A stretch of DNA of 62,654 nt, filler included, from Choristocarpus tenellus KU-1152 (taxonomy: Eukaryota; Protista; Phaeophyceae), in the NCBI GenBank assembly GCA_964200185.2. It is 10 parts of 10 records of this genome, joined end to end, with 100 filler letters (N's around TTAATTAATTAA, not from the genome) between each part and the next. Parts side by side here need not be neighbours in the genome. Positions count along the whole stretch, not along the records: positions 10,916 to 22,933 come from CAXNAD020002024.1; positions 23,034 to 29,426 come from CAXNAD020008231.1; 8 more parts are not named here. One strand, given 5' to 3'. The translations under genes were made by a program, and so were the position numbers. Below are positions 13,464-26,312 of this stretch, piece by piece. Position 1 is the first letter of the stretch, and the number at the start of each line of letters is the position of its first letter. Under the pieces are notes generated by a model that saw nothing but the letters and a program-made list of their open reading frames with translations, was not told the origin of the DNA and made no database searches.

Positions 13464-13657
13464 CTCGCTTTCAGTCTTGTTGCTGAATCCCTGAAGAATA
13501 TATCTTGTGGTTTTCCCTGAATGCTCCATCCATACCAGAGATTGGCGAGACACACAAACTCGCTTTCTGTCTTGTTGCTGAATCCCTGAAGAATATATCT
13601 TGTGGTGTTTCCTGAAAGTTCCATCATCCATACCAGAGATAGGCGAGACACTCAAAG
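13464..13657. repeat. Tandem duplication of a ~97-bp unit
   Basis: CTCGCTTTC(A/T)GTCTTGTTGCTGAATCCCTGAAGAATATATCTTGTGG...GGCGAGACAC(A/T)CAAA occurs twice head-to-tail. Confidence 0.92.
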
Positions 13658-13699
13658 TTGCTGCATGTCTCGCTGAGCTTATCTGGTGGGACTTGGTGC

Positions 13700-14130
13700 C
13701 TCATTGAAGACTAGCTCAAAAACTCACTGCCCACCTCATCAGGGATCCAGGATACTGGTGGCAACGTGAGGGAGTGCCTGGTATTGAAGTCTACTGAGTA
13801 TTTCACAAGATCACAGTTCCCTACAGGATTCTTTTTGACTGATTGCATGCACTGCCATGCCTGACCCCGCAGTCTGGTGATCACTCCCCTAATCCCCTGC
13901 CACTCGTGCCTCTGCCACATTCCCTCTACACTCTTGTCAGGTGGCAAGGACATTGAGTATCCTGGACAACGGGATGGTCCTGCCTATAAATAGTCAGGGT
14001 CTTGTATCGATCCTGGAGGAATCTACGTACAACCCCATTCCCCTGGACAAGACCATGGTCAGCAAGATGCAGGTGCGTGCACATAGGTAGTAAGTAGTCT
14101 CTTGAACCTTGACAAAGAGAAACCACTTGT
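13700..14130 (-). mobile_element. Ty3/Gypsy integrase (HHCC zinc-binding region) remnant
   Basis: WQGIRGVIT...WQCMQSVKKNPVG...SVDF resembles W.GM..DI..YV..C..CQ..K...G...SMDF. Confidence 0.5.
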
Positions 14131-14197
14131 CTACAGAGACATCTTCCACATCAAAATTAAAACGATGACTTCAGGTGAGGGAATTCCACCAGTCCAA

Positions 14198-14455
14198 GAG
14201 TCAAAGTATCTTAGAGGTTAGAGCCGCATCCATTTGGTGACCAAAATCCAATGGTGCGATTTAGATGTAATTTTGGCTATGGGATTTGTTAGGAAGTGCC
14301 AATATCCTTGTTCCGGACACACTTTTTCATAATGTATACATATTACCCCCTCTGAACCATTTCGGACTTGGAAAATGTCATAAAAAAAACGTGGGAACCC
14401 AAGCCCCAAACGGACGAACAGGGTAAAACTCTTACCCTCTAAGATACTTTCACTC
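14198..14455 (+). mobile_element. MITE family 1, full copy, TSD CAA
   Basis: GAGTCAAAGTATCTTAGAGG...CCCTCTAAGATACTTTCACTC flanked by caa/caa. Confidence 0.93.
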
Positions 14456-17400
14456 CAACATACAGCATACGAGATAGTGTATGGGGTTTGGATGTAAAAT
14501 GTTTCTTCTGAAAATACAGCAAGTTGCGTTGAGGTTAACCAGGGCCTCAACATGTCAAAATCAGATAATCTAAAAAAAAAACACTCACAAATATGCAATA
14601 AATACTACACATGCCAGAAATGGTTTGAAGCATGAAGGTAGCGGGACATTCTTTGGGGGTTGTTGAGGTTGTAGACCAAGGCATGTTCCAGTGAGAAGTT
14701 CATTGGAATTGAGTTCGTTGGAATTGCAATCCTCCCGGGATTTGCCTTTTGGATCTTTTGTGTCTGTGTCAAGGGTAAGGAACAAGGGTTTGTACAACCT
14801 CCACCTAAGCCCTACCCAATTTGTGTGTATGGCAGCACCTTCCTGTCTTTTCCCTCAAAAATATTTAGGCTTTCAGCTTAGCCTGATTATAGTGTCCCTG
14901 GGTGGGCAACAAACGGCGTGTGATGCACAGGATTTCTCGGGCAGGGCAATGTGTTTTTCCCCACAGGGCAGAGGGGTAAAGGAGAAGGGTGTCAACAGTG
15001 GTATCAACACCACCAATGGTGGTTGGAATATGGTGAAGGGGTGCAACACCAGTGGAATAATTGCAACAGCAATGTACCGCAAAATGCTTGTACTGTGCTG
15101 GATTAAGAACACCTCATTCAGAGGGGCATTCACATGGAAGTCGATTTTTTTGTAATTATACATTTGATCAAAGTGATGTTGTCCTGGCTCCAAAATGCTG
15201 TAGGGGATGATATCAGTATAGTGAGGTGAGAGGCACTGTCTTGCAGTCAGCTGGACTTTTCCTCGTGTCTGGTGTGCCCGGACAGAGAGGAGTGCTACAG
15301 TATGGGAGGTCCTATTGACTGAGGGGCATTATAATGTCGTTGTGCAATATTGGGGACAGATATTGAATTTGGGAGTTAACCCTAAACAAAAATTGTCTGG
15401 AGAAAGGGACGGTGATAAGGTGTGCAGTTTGTCTTGGCCTCTAATGGGGCGGCCATACAGGTTGCAGGCGGGCTCTGTAGTTGGGTGTGACGGATAGAGT
15501 TGCTGCCAGTCAGTGCATCCCTGTTGGAGCCAGGTTGGACAATGAATACAACGCATTCACAGCCCAAATACAGCTGTTGCCTTCTTTCCCACAAGAAAAA
15601 AATCATTTTGATGCCAGAGATGGATTGGAAAAATTACCACCACGTGATGCGCCGATACCTGAAATCGTTCAATCACAATAATATTTTTTTAGGAGGACAT
15701 CCAACATTTGTTTGTGTGTAGGAGTAAATCTTTCCCTTCGTTTTCTCACACCCAAGACCTCAACCAACGCTGAAGTAAAAAAAATGAAAGAATAGGTAGG
15801 CCGGCGACCAACACTCTGGTGTGCAATTGCCTTCAATTGATAGAACAGGTGGCGAACAAGCGAAGATGGCATCGCCAAAACATATGGGAACTCGTTTTGG
15901 ATGATGAGATGCCTGTTCTGTGCAAGGGCCCAAGGGGGAACAAACTCGGTAAGCAGGGACAGAGGCACTTCTTGTGTTGCTACCTGTGATAGAGGGTGTT
16001 GTTCGATCAATGCCAGCCTCGAATGAAGCATAGCTCAAAGCAATGCATCAGATCTTTCCTCCACACATTTTCCTCCGTTTTTCAGTGAGAGGAGTGCCCT
16101 CATTATCCTGCATTCCACCTTGACCCTAGTAGAGACAAGCTATAGTGTCCTTCGAAGTATCTTAGAAGCTAAATTCAAATACGGACCGAGGATTTGGTCA
16201 TCCAGAACCCTTCATTAATTTGCACCCTGTCATTTGCTCTGATCTACCTCAAAGTACTTTGAGTTCTTGTTTGAGCACTCCAAGGTACTAAAAAGTAGAT
16301 ATGTACACGTGCAATGCTTTTCTTGCAAATGCCTAATCTTTCCTCTCATAGTTTTTTTGTCCAAGGGCCTCACGAAGGGGAAGGGAATGAGTTCTCGAAA
16401 GGCGGTTCGTTTTCTATCACTCAGAGACCTCAGTATACCTCTTAGCACATTTCTTCTGATATGCATGTGATGTATGTATTCTAAATATATTGAAGGGAGG
16501 ATAAGCTGATTGCCGGTGAGTGGACTCATCGTGGCTGGATCAACGGGGAATGGTCAATGCACTAAATCCTACCTGCTGATCCCTAGCGTTCTTGCTGTAC
16601 GGTGGTCAGAAGAAATGTCTGTGGAGAGGATCTAACACTACCGTAATGTTTTCCAACTCCCATGCATTACCTCTCATTTTGTGGCAGTTTGGCGAATGGT
16701 GACACTGTATTCAACCTTAACTTGGAGGCTTTGTCTACCCTGATCTGTCAGGCCAGGGAACTGAGGTCATCCTGTACCTTACAGATGAGGGAATCAGACA
16801 TATGAGGGACATGAGGATCTGGAAAAGGATCGAGGCCCTGTCAAAGTCCATGGCATACCCTGTCAATATAACAGTGATTGGAAGACTCGATGCAGAGGAC
16901 AAGAGGCGGGGTCCCCACAAGGTATCTGGGTGGGTTTCGGGTTGTAGAACGTGTTTGATTATTGTTTTGGGACTTGTCTCAACCCAAGACTGCTGCACAT
17001 CAGAAGTAGTGCAGTAAGTAGCAACCTTAACACTCATCAGTAGCTGCCGCTCTAACGTGACTCCTACTCTTTCTGTCCTTTCTGAGTTCTCATGTCTGAT
17101 TGATGTAGATATCAATACAGATATCAAGGCAATCCTTTGAACTGTTTGGGAGAACTTGAGATATTGACAAAATATGAGGCGGAATATGTTCCTTTTTTCC
17201 ATGGTACTTGAAGATAACTACATCCTTGGAACCGCATCTGGTACTTCCACTCATAGAAGCTACTACTGTGCAGATATCTCTAGGCATGTAGTTGGAAGTG
17301 TATAGTATGTGAGTGTAGCGGCAGCAAGAAGTTTGCACACCTCTCTGGGGTATTTGAGAGTACTACATGTATTGGTGACTGCAGACTCTCCTGACCATCA

Positions 17401-18013
17401 TGACTTTGACCAGCAGCATATCACAAAGTGTTACAGGTTTATTAAGTACTTGTTAATCTATTAGACTTTCATATTCCAGAGTATCAATTGGTTACACGTG
17501 TTCCCTTGAGAAAGGATGGGAAAGATTCCTAACATGTAAGCCCTTGCTCCTATTGGCTTTGACTCGTGCATGACTGTGGATGACTGGCTGCGGAGGAGGT
17601 GGGAGGCTGGTTGGTCCTTTTCATCACCTTCTTGGTTGGCATCTTTACAGATAAATTATTTAAGTCAAAGAAGAAGATGGAGCAGGTGAAGAAGATGGAC
17701 CTTATCTTCTCTTCATATCCTCAGGATTTCAGTTAGCCAATCCACACCACGGTAATAACGCTCATTCCACTGTCTTTTTTCAGATATAATTGCCTGACGT
17801 AAGCTACATATTTGTATCCCTTGCTGTATTGACACTAATTCAGCCTCTGAGAGTTGCAACGGAGAAGGCCGAAGAGCTAAAAAAGAAAATCGACGAGGCC
17901 AACACCTCAGCTGCTGCTGAGAAGGCTAAGCTGTGGTTAATGTCGAACTCAGCGCTCATAGAGATGGGTGACAATTTGGTGATTGATAGGCGTGATGTGT
18001 GTGAAGTTTTGGG

Positions 18014-18285
18014 GAGCAGACCCCTTGGTTGGTAGGCAGGGTTCGGACCCTTTTACATTCTTGAGCGATTCTTCTTACCCTGTGGAATATGCTTTGTTTC
18101 GTTGCTTTGTGCGCAAGATAGTGTACGCAGAATTGATGTTCCTCCTTTACACATACAAGGTGACTCCACGATTCAGCATAAGCTCTTTCTACAATTGCAC
18201 AATGTGGCCTTCTTTTAAAAACATTTTTTCCCTTTGTAGGGATCCTTAAAATGCAACCCTGCCTGCGTCTCAGTTGATTCAACTC
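18014..18285 (-). mobile_element. MITE family 2 (GAG-ended, GTAGGCAGGGTT subterminal motif)
   Basis: AAAATGCAACCCTGCCT..TCTCAGTTG end shared with 52930-52980 and, inverted, with 29660-29720 and 32382-32440. Confidence 0.7.
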
Positions 18286-18320
18286 ATTGTAGTAAGACAT
18301 GCTGTGCCCTGTGTATGAGT

Positions 18321-18579
18321 GAGCCAAAGTATCTTAGAGGGTAGAGCCGCGTCCATTTGGGGGTCAAAGTCCAATGGTGCAATTTTGATGTAATTTTGGC
18401 CATCATCTTTGTTCGGAAGTGTCAATATCCATATTCTTGGCACAACTTTTCATAACGTATACATTTTACCTACTCTGAAACATTTTGGAGTAGGAAAATG
18501 TCATAAAAAAACGCACGGAAAGCCAATCCTCAAATGGACAAACAGGGCAAAACTCGTACCCTCTAAGATACTTTCACTC
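18321..18579 (+). mobile_element. MITE family 1, full copy, TSD AGT
   Basis: GAGCCAAAGTATCTTAGAGGGTA...TACCCTCTAAGATACTTTCACTC flanked by agt/agt. Confidence 0.95.
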
Positions 18580-21500
18580 AGTAAGGGAACACGAGATGGG
18601 GATCTCCCCAGCATCTAGGCTGACTGTCCCATGTAAAACAGGACGGTTGATGGTGGCAGAGCTTGCGATGACGTCCCGTCACCACCTCTTGTGCTTTGTG
18701 TATCAGTAGTTGAAAGCGGTATGTTTTAAAGTTTGATAGTGGTGACTGGTGAATAAGCAAGAAGCGGAGTATGAGAGATGTCCTCCTGCCAGCTACTTTA
18801 TTTTCTGGGAGTGGATAGTGTAGCATTGTATTCTTGTAGCACATGGGTTAGTGTATACATTTTACTAATGTGTCAATAATATTGACACTTCGAATTATTG
18901 TATGGGTATCAGTGTTCTACTGCAGCTAATACTTCTATTCCTATCAGCAACTTCTTGTGGCTGGAGAAGTTTTGCGTGAACTTTATCGAATTTAATTTCG
19001 AACGACAGCTATAACAACTACTGCATCCATTGATAGGACTGTACTTAGAGTTCACTGCAATGTCCTGGCATTTAGTATAGCCCTGCAGGAAGAGCGTGTA
19101 TTTATGGGAGTGCCATATGTACACCCCACTTTTGCCAAGCGGGTACCCCTCACGCTGGGCCACACTAACAGGTGAACCAGTTCTTGGTGTATATTGTGAA
19201 CTTCTGGACAGTCATTTGTCCCTCATTGAAGTCCACTATACCCTCTACTGCGGAACATTGGTAAGTTCATCAGTGACACTGCTTTACCTACACATACACA
19301 ACAAGGACATTAACCACATTTGCATATTCAAGAGTGGAGTGCTTTAGCAGACACCCCCTGTTTGGTTATGCCTTCCATGCTTATGCCTTCCATGCTTATG
19401 CCTAGGAGGCACCCCCCTTTTCCGCGAAGATTTGCCATTTTTTTCGATTTTTCACGTATTCTGGGCATTTTTTCCTGTCATATTTAGAAAACAAAAGGCA
19501 TTTTCAGTCACTTCTTTGGACTCCTTAGGTCATTGATAATATAAGAGCACTCTGGGGAGGCGATGTTGCACTTCTCTCTGCAACCCTTACCAGCATTTCT
19601 GGGGCGTTTTGTGGTTCATGTAGAACTTTGTCTTGTACGTTTTTGGACTGTTGAGCAACTCAAGATGGAGACTGTGAAGAGCTGAACAAGGAATAGGCTT
19701 CCTGTCTTTCAAAAACGAACAAGAACATACTTGGGACAGGAAAGGAGGGAGTGGGGAGTTGTTTCATGAGGATCAACGAGGCAAGAGCTGTATTGTTGGA
19801 AGAGCACCTGGATTGGAGGAGTAGAGATTTATATTGCCCTACTTGGTTTGCTTACAAATGAGGGGAGAGTCTTTACTTGATACCTCCCTATTTGACTAGA
19901 TTGCGTGGTTTTTTGTTTTCATGTAAATTTGTTTTCTTAATTGGAGGGACACTGATGGACAGTTACTCACTGTGTATGGAAATGATGATGACGCTCTCCC
20001 TACAAAAATAGCCTATTTCTCAATTTGTACACACGACCATGAGATCATTTTAACTTTCGCTTTTGTGTTAGTGTTAGTGTTTGTCTTTCCTTGATGGTAC
20101 AGGTCCTGGTGTGAATAAGTGCTTGAACGTTCACCTGTGTTTTGGTATTTCTTGTGACCTTTGGGTGAACAAGGTTGTGTATGACACTACCCTATTTCTA
20201 CAAACTTTTTTGTCCTTGGTGGTTTTTGTACTAGTATCTCTGTTGACAGAAATAGGCCTTCAATGGGCAGAATATCTGGAGTACGTTGGGTGAGATCTTT
20301 TTTTATCTTGAACGTTAAGTCAAACAGAGAGTAAGTATCTTGAGGTATGAATATTTATGCTACCTTATCCTATCGCGAAGGGATACATTGGAAGGGAATT
20401 TTGTGCCTGGTTTCTTCCTTCTGGACCCTCTCACATTGCATATGAATATGTTAGGACCAAGCAACGACATTCACTTAATATCTGCTACGTTAAGTTTATG
20501 ATAGGCATTTATATTATTTGTCCAATTGCCTGCTGATAGTGTTGATGCAATCATATGTGTTTTACCCTGGTGGGCATGTTGCAGGAGGTGCCTCTCTTGG
20601 GTGGTTCCCCTACCAACTTGGTCTGGAAAGTTCAATATGTTGGACTCACAACAGTTTTATTATTTTATTTTGTTCATTCTGGGCTTAGGCAGTCAGTCCA
20701 ATGTTATCCAAACAAAATACGCCACAGTTGCAAACAACAAAGAAATTTAGTAATCCAGCACATCGTTACTGTCCGTCAAAGGCGCCGTGTACCGTCTGTT
20801 TTCTGGAGTATCGGGGCCTACATCATTCCAACTGGTCGAGTTAACCTTGGAGCTGGGACATGTCATGTAATGTGCGAAACACCATACACACGTCACCGTG
20901 TGATTTCAAGATAATCCACCCGTGATAGGAGGTGTAGTGAAATCCCTGTATCCGTCATATATACATTCTCCTCAGGTAAGGTTGGTGGTGGCTTTTAAGG
21001 TTCAAGGTTGGTACGAGAGGAGAACGTCTGACCCTGATGGAGTGAGCAGGATCACGCCTTTATTTTGTTATGCTCACCCTCAAGCTAGTAGACAAGGAGT
21101 CTGCCCCCAAGGCAATCAGGTACAAAATCAACACATTCTTGCTTCATAGGACGGACCAGTCCAACCACCCAACCATCACAAATATGAAGAAGTGCCAATG
21201 ATCTCTCTCTCCACATCCGATTTGTTGTGCAACTTGCATGATACCACAATTGGACACATTCTGCTACACAACTTCTTGGATTCTATCACAGGGCCTATAT
21301 ATGAATATTGATATCATTTTGCCTTTCCTCTGTACCCTTCACTGATATGGACCAAAACGGCGAACCCAGATATGTGGAGTATTTTTTAGAGGTCACAGTG
21401 CAAGCAAGGTAAGGTGAGCCTCTAACTCTTATCTACAGCTTCACCTTGCCTTGCCGTCCTGACCAAATCACACAAAATGTAACCAATCGTAACCTCTCTC

Positions 21501-22249
21501 CTTGTCTCCCTTACCACATCGATGATAAGGGATACCCCATGATGGCCCTCTCACCTTGGTCAAACAACTACAGGACTCCCTCTCCTTAGGCTACAACTAT
21601 TTACGCCAGGAACCAATATTTACTACTCCTTTTTTGAGGGCAAGTGCTTCAAAGTGCCGCCTGAGATTTTCCTAGAGAGTACGTTGCCTTGGGTTTGACT
21701 TCCTCCAACTCTTCTTCAACAACAGGGGAATACTGGGGTTGAAGCAAGGGCTTCAACCTCATAACATATTGTTAATGGTGTGGGTGGATGCAGTGTTTTG
21801 GTCATGTCACACATCGAAGTAAAGACATGCTCCCTTCCACATGAGTATGTCGAACAGAATATAGTGCCACGTCCTTTGGAGTGGAGGGACAATAGCCGTA
21901 ATGGAAAGCTTGGTGTGGATGACATGTTATGCCTTGAGGGGAACATCAACGTTGGGGATGCTTGTAGTCACACTGGCAATTCTGGTTTTCTTCAAACTAC
22001 TACTCTGTATACAGCAATGTTTCCACAATGGCAAAAGAGTCATTGCTACGGCCACCTAGAACATTTAACAACATAATTAAAAAGAATCTTCATTCACTGC
22101 TTCTCGAGGTAGGGAGGTGTTTATGTGCCAGCACAAGAATCCATGATAAACAAGAATCTTAAACAACTGCTGTTTTGCTTCCTTCGAACTTTTGCAGATA
22201 TTTGGTACATGGTTCAATTACTTCACCTATCTACAAAAAAAGCAGTGCG

Positions 22250-22510
22250 GAGTGAAAGTATCTTAGAGGGTACGAGTTTTGCCCTGTTTGTCCATTTGGG
22301 GCTTGGCTTCTCATGGGTTCTTTTATATAAAATTTTCCTACTCCAAAATGGTTCAGAGTAGGTAAAATGTGTACATTATGAAAAGATGTGTCTGGAACAG
22401 GGATATTGACACTTCCTAACAAACACGATAGTCAAAATCACATCAAAATCGTAACATCGGATTTTGGTCTCCAAATGGACACGGCTCTACCCTCCAAGAT
22501 ACTTTGGCTC
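22250..22510 (-). mobile_element. MITE family 1, full copy (no exact TSD; flanks tgcg/tgag)
   Basis: GAGTGAAAGTATCTTAGAGGGTA...TACCCTCCAAGATACTTTGGCTC. Confidence 0.93.
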
Positions 22511-22779
22511 TGAGGTAGTCTTAACTTTTGAAGATAAACAATGGACAAGTGTGTTGAAAGACAAAGACATCACCGTCATATTCCAACATGCCATACTCAC
22601 TTCATGTCATCACTTATGACGTTTCAAGGAGTGCAGATGAAGGTGTATGTATATGAACAAAAAAAACGTTCAGAAATATCTGTGGAGGGAGAGTGCAGAA
22701 AGAGGAGGGAAACTGTTTTGAACTAAGGATTGAATAGGCCTCATAAAAATAATTAGAAAATGAACAAAACGGGGGAAAG

Positions 22780-22933
22780 GGGCTCAAAGTATGTGAGGGG
22801 GTGGCGACTGTCCGTTTGGGGTCAATTTTTTCATGTCGCGATTTTTGGGTGATTTGGTTGCATACGTTGGATGGATAATGCAAGTGCACTTTTCCTGGTT
22901 ATGACCCATGTGGACACCCTGGTGTAGACCCCC
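22780..22933 (+). mobile_element. MITE family 3, partial copy at contig end
   Basis: GGGCTCAAAGTATGTGAGGGGGTGGCGACTGTCCGTTTGGGGTCAATTTTT; reverse-complement match to 29527-29594. Confidence 0.8.
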
Positions 22934-23062
22934 NNNNNNNNNNNNNNNNNNNNNNNNNNNNNNNNNNNNNNNNNNNNTTAATTAATTAANNNNNNNNNNN
23001 NNNNNNNNNNNNNNNNNNNNNNNNNNNNNNNNNAACCCCCCCCCCCAAAAAAAAAACCCAAA

Positions 23063-23097
<35 letters not shown>

Positions 23098-24186
23098 CCC
23101 CCCCCCCCCCCCCCCCCCCTCTCCACCTCCCCAAATCCTCCCCTCAACTGTCAAATACACGTGGAAAACAAACAGAAGATTAATCTACTGCTACATATTA
23201 CATGTTGACGTGCATATCGTTGTTACAACCCCCAGTTTTAATGTTACATTTTGACACACATTTGACAACAGCGAACAAAACGAAATAAGAAAAAAAACAT
23301 TTTTTTTGGCATACTTTTTGACTTTTTGCACAGCACCAGTAGTGGCAATTAAAAAATTACATCACTTATTCTCCCACTGCTTATCAACAATCTACCTCAT
23401 CCCTCGGTAGGTGCTTCTACTTTGTAAGAAGGCGTCTTTCCCTTTCAAGTACCATATTTCCCAACCCAAGATCCCACAAACACCGCCTCTTCAGAAAACA
23501 ATCTACAATAAAATAGTGCATCCATTGGCATCCCTCAGGAGAATCATTTGATATGCTGCTACTGAATCCAAAAGGAATATTTGGATCAATGATTCCATAC
23601 AAGAACTTATCGTTTTTCATAATTACTACCCAAACAACTATTGAAGAGGGGATTAAGTAGGTCTTGATTTAGTCGGCGCTACAATATGATATACGTGGAC
23701 CCAAAGAGCCATTGATGATATATGTGGAGTTGCTTGTAGTATTGGTGATAAACATCATTATGTCATACCATCAATGTTGCCTCCAATTTCTGAAGTTACT
23801 TGGAATCACAAAATTTCAAACTCTGGTAAGCAACCTGCCACTGAAGGGAACCTCATCATCCAATCCCCTGATCGTAATCCACTCTAAAAATTTCCATTAA
23901 AATAAATTTCCACCTAAGGTGATTTATGCAGCCTATTACTTGCGTTGGAGTTGCAAGGGTAGTATTTTACCTCGCCACCCTTTTTCAAGTAGTAACCTGT
24001 GATGCAAAGATAAAACCCTAACCCCAATCTTAATAAGCTACTAGTGTACGACATTGCAATATTGGAAGTCAGTGTATTAGTTGGTTTGAGAAACATCCAT
24101 TAACCTGACTGAAACCATCCAAGTCACAAAGAAAAAGCACAACGCACACAGATATGCACACTCAAGACACAAGGGCTTCCACATAC

Positions 24187-24903
24187 CATACGTAGGCGGT
24201 GGCCGTTTGTTCCTTTCGTGTGGTCACGGCGAGTGACTCAGAAGAAGTGCAAAGACGCACGTCAACGTCGACTTTCTGGTAATCCTCGTCTTCGAACAGA
24301 TCAAGAATATACTGGACGTGTGAAAATGGGACAAAGGGGTTGGGCATGGGCACTCCGTTCACTGCTGATGGGGCTGGCAGGATCTATAAAGGGGACCGAA
24401 GGGCTATTCGCTTAAAGGGCGTTCTTCCATGCAGTATTGGAGAAATCGAGTATTATGCGACACTAAAATATTGTGGAGAACGTATGGTGTGCCTTGGAAA
24501 CGGTTGTAAAAAATCGTACCTGTTCTCTTGGACTCAGCCCAGGAAGAAGTAAGCCCTCCACAGAACTTCCTTCACAAGGAAAAATAGCTGGGTATACCTG
24601 TTCTTTGATGCGATATCGATGGTACCCATGGAGAATGCCCTTATTGGTAGGTGGAACTCGGCCCAACAATACCTGTAGGACCTGAAAAGAGAACCGAGGT
24701 AAGCGGTGTCACCCCGATGGGCAAGAGAACAGCTGGGGAGGTAGAATCAGTGGAACCAGAATAGGTGGTATATCGCCTTCTTCATGACTTGCAGGAGGTT
24801 GGGAAAGTAAGACTGGGAATACCCAGTCTGCGACCACTTTTCTCACTTCAGGCTGCATGAGGGATCCATAGACGAAGAGAGTCTTGCTCGATGGGGCCGA
24901 CAT
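24187..24903 (-). CDS. AIG2-like / gamma-glutamylcyclotransferase-family protein; exons 24903-24847, 24681-24520, 24311-24187; last exon(s) unresolved
   Basis: MSAPSSKTLFVYGSLMQPE|VLQVLLGRVP..GYHRYRIKEQVYPAI..VEGLLL.GLS..EQ|YILDLFEDEDYQK..AYVW; GT-AG junctions in phase. Confidence 0.9.
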
Positions 24904-26312
24904 GTAGATGTTCAATCCAGCAACTCCTAGGAAAGGACGTTGGGCAATGACAGCAACAGTCAGTGGACGTATATCCCCACAACTTTCATGTTCTGGAAAG
25001 ATGAGTGAGTACGATTTCCAGTCTCCTCCGAAGATGCAGGCAAGGTAAACAACTTGCACAGAGGCGGCTTGTGACCAATGGCCCCCACCTCTTATCACTA
25101 AACACAACTCAGCGAGGAGTAGTACGCGGAAGGATCCCCAAAACATGGATGTTGCAGGGTTCGTGTTTAGGGGGTAATCCAACAGGATGTACAGTGTGAT
25201 AATTTATTCGATAAAATTCCCCCGCTAACTATAAACTATATAGTTTGGAAAAGGTTTGAGGACTCTTTGATTCTTAGACATGTAGCCAATTAACCATTTG
25301 AGGACAAACTAAATTGAAATGTCAGATGCTGTATTGCACGAAAGATTAAAATATTATTTTAATTTTCATATCAATTTTGCTGGTCTACCCAACGGCATGA
25401 AAAAAGGTGTGAGAGGACAAGGCAACAACAGTCCATCAGGAGAAAACGATAGGGCCAAGACTGGAATACCTCCCTGCTTGGCCTGTGAGAGGTTGGTGGG
25501 TGAACCAGGTTAGATGTGAGTAAAAGAGGTGCATTCTCCTCGCGGGATCTGGGTATTTTTGTTGCGTCGTGATTCCAGAGACGATTTGAGTGTGTTGGTG
25601 AGGGGAACCGGTGAAGGTGTGAGGCACAAAAAATGTCAGGATTCGCCGCCACCCTTTTGCCGTCGAGGTGACGAGTATCGGGGGTTGTTTTGAAACTGTC
25701 GGCGACATGGTTGGAAGATTTGGGTTTATAGATCAAAGTTGGTGCGAGAAAATACGTACAAGTTGAGCTGGCTCGGGGGTGGATATCGGGTGACACGGTG
25801 AAGGGACGCAACGGTGGGGATGTATACACAAGCGTCGTGAACAGCAAAGGGTGTAATATTTCTTGGACTATCGCTTAGGTATTTAACGTTCGTTTCTGAG
25901 GCGAAAGGAGGCCCCATGAATGTTTGGACGGGAAAAACTCTTGTTTTTTCGGTTGATGAGGTTTTTGTGGGTTGTCGACCGATATAAATCATTGAGAGTG
26001 CGTTGGCATAGAGACAATCACTAACCATCTTCCGGGAAAAAATGCATATTCCGATCGCGCTCTTCCCCCTCCCGAAATTTTTTGACTTCTCAGCGGGAAG
26101 GCGAATTTCGGAGCTCGCCTGTTGAATCTGTTGGTTCCACTTTGAACGATCGGCATGACAGGGATTCGGCAATTCCAAGGAGGGAAAAGGCAAAGGCATA
26201 TGGTTTGATTCAAGGCTAGTTCCTAACTCTTTAGGACCTACACGTGGAATTATAAGGCCTCGATTGCAAGGTTGGTGCTGCAACGATAAGAAAGGGTGAG
26301 AGACCGCAAAAC

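Noticed and set aside
13464-13657. CRISPR-like array
   Set aside because: Only two contiguous units, no spacers, no cas genes, eukaryotic context.
14600-17950. Scattered exon-like or TE-like fragments
   Set aside because: No consistent frame or diagnostic motif, apart from a weak SDH (LINE endonuclease-like) near 16600.
18900-19410. Possible piggyBac-like remnant (NWFT motif) with a 15-bp tandem repeat
   Set aside because: Motif too short and decayed; no TTAA-flanked TIR found.
14198-22510. Recurring ORF peptides such as ESILEG...FVHLGLGF as a protein family
   Set aside because: They are translations of the non-coding MITE; frames and stops are not conserved.
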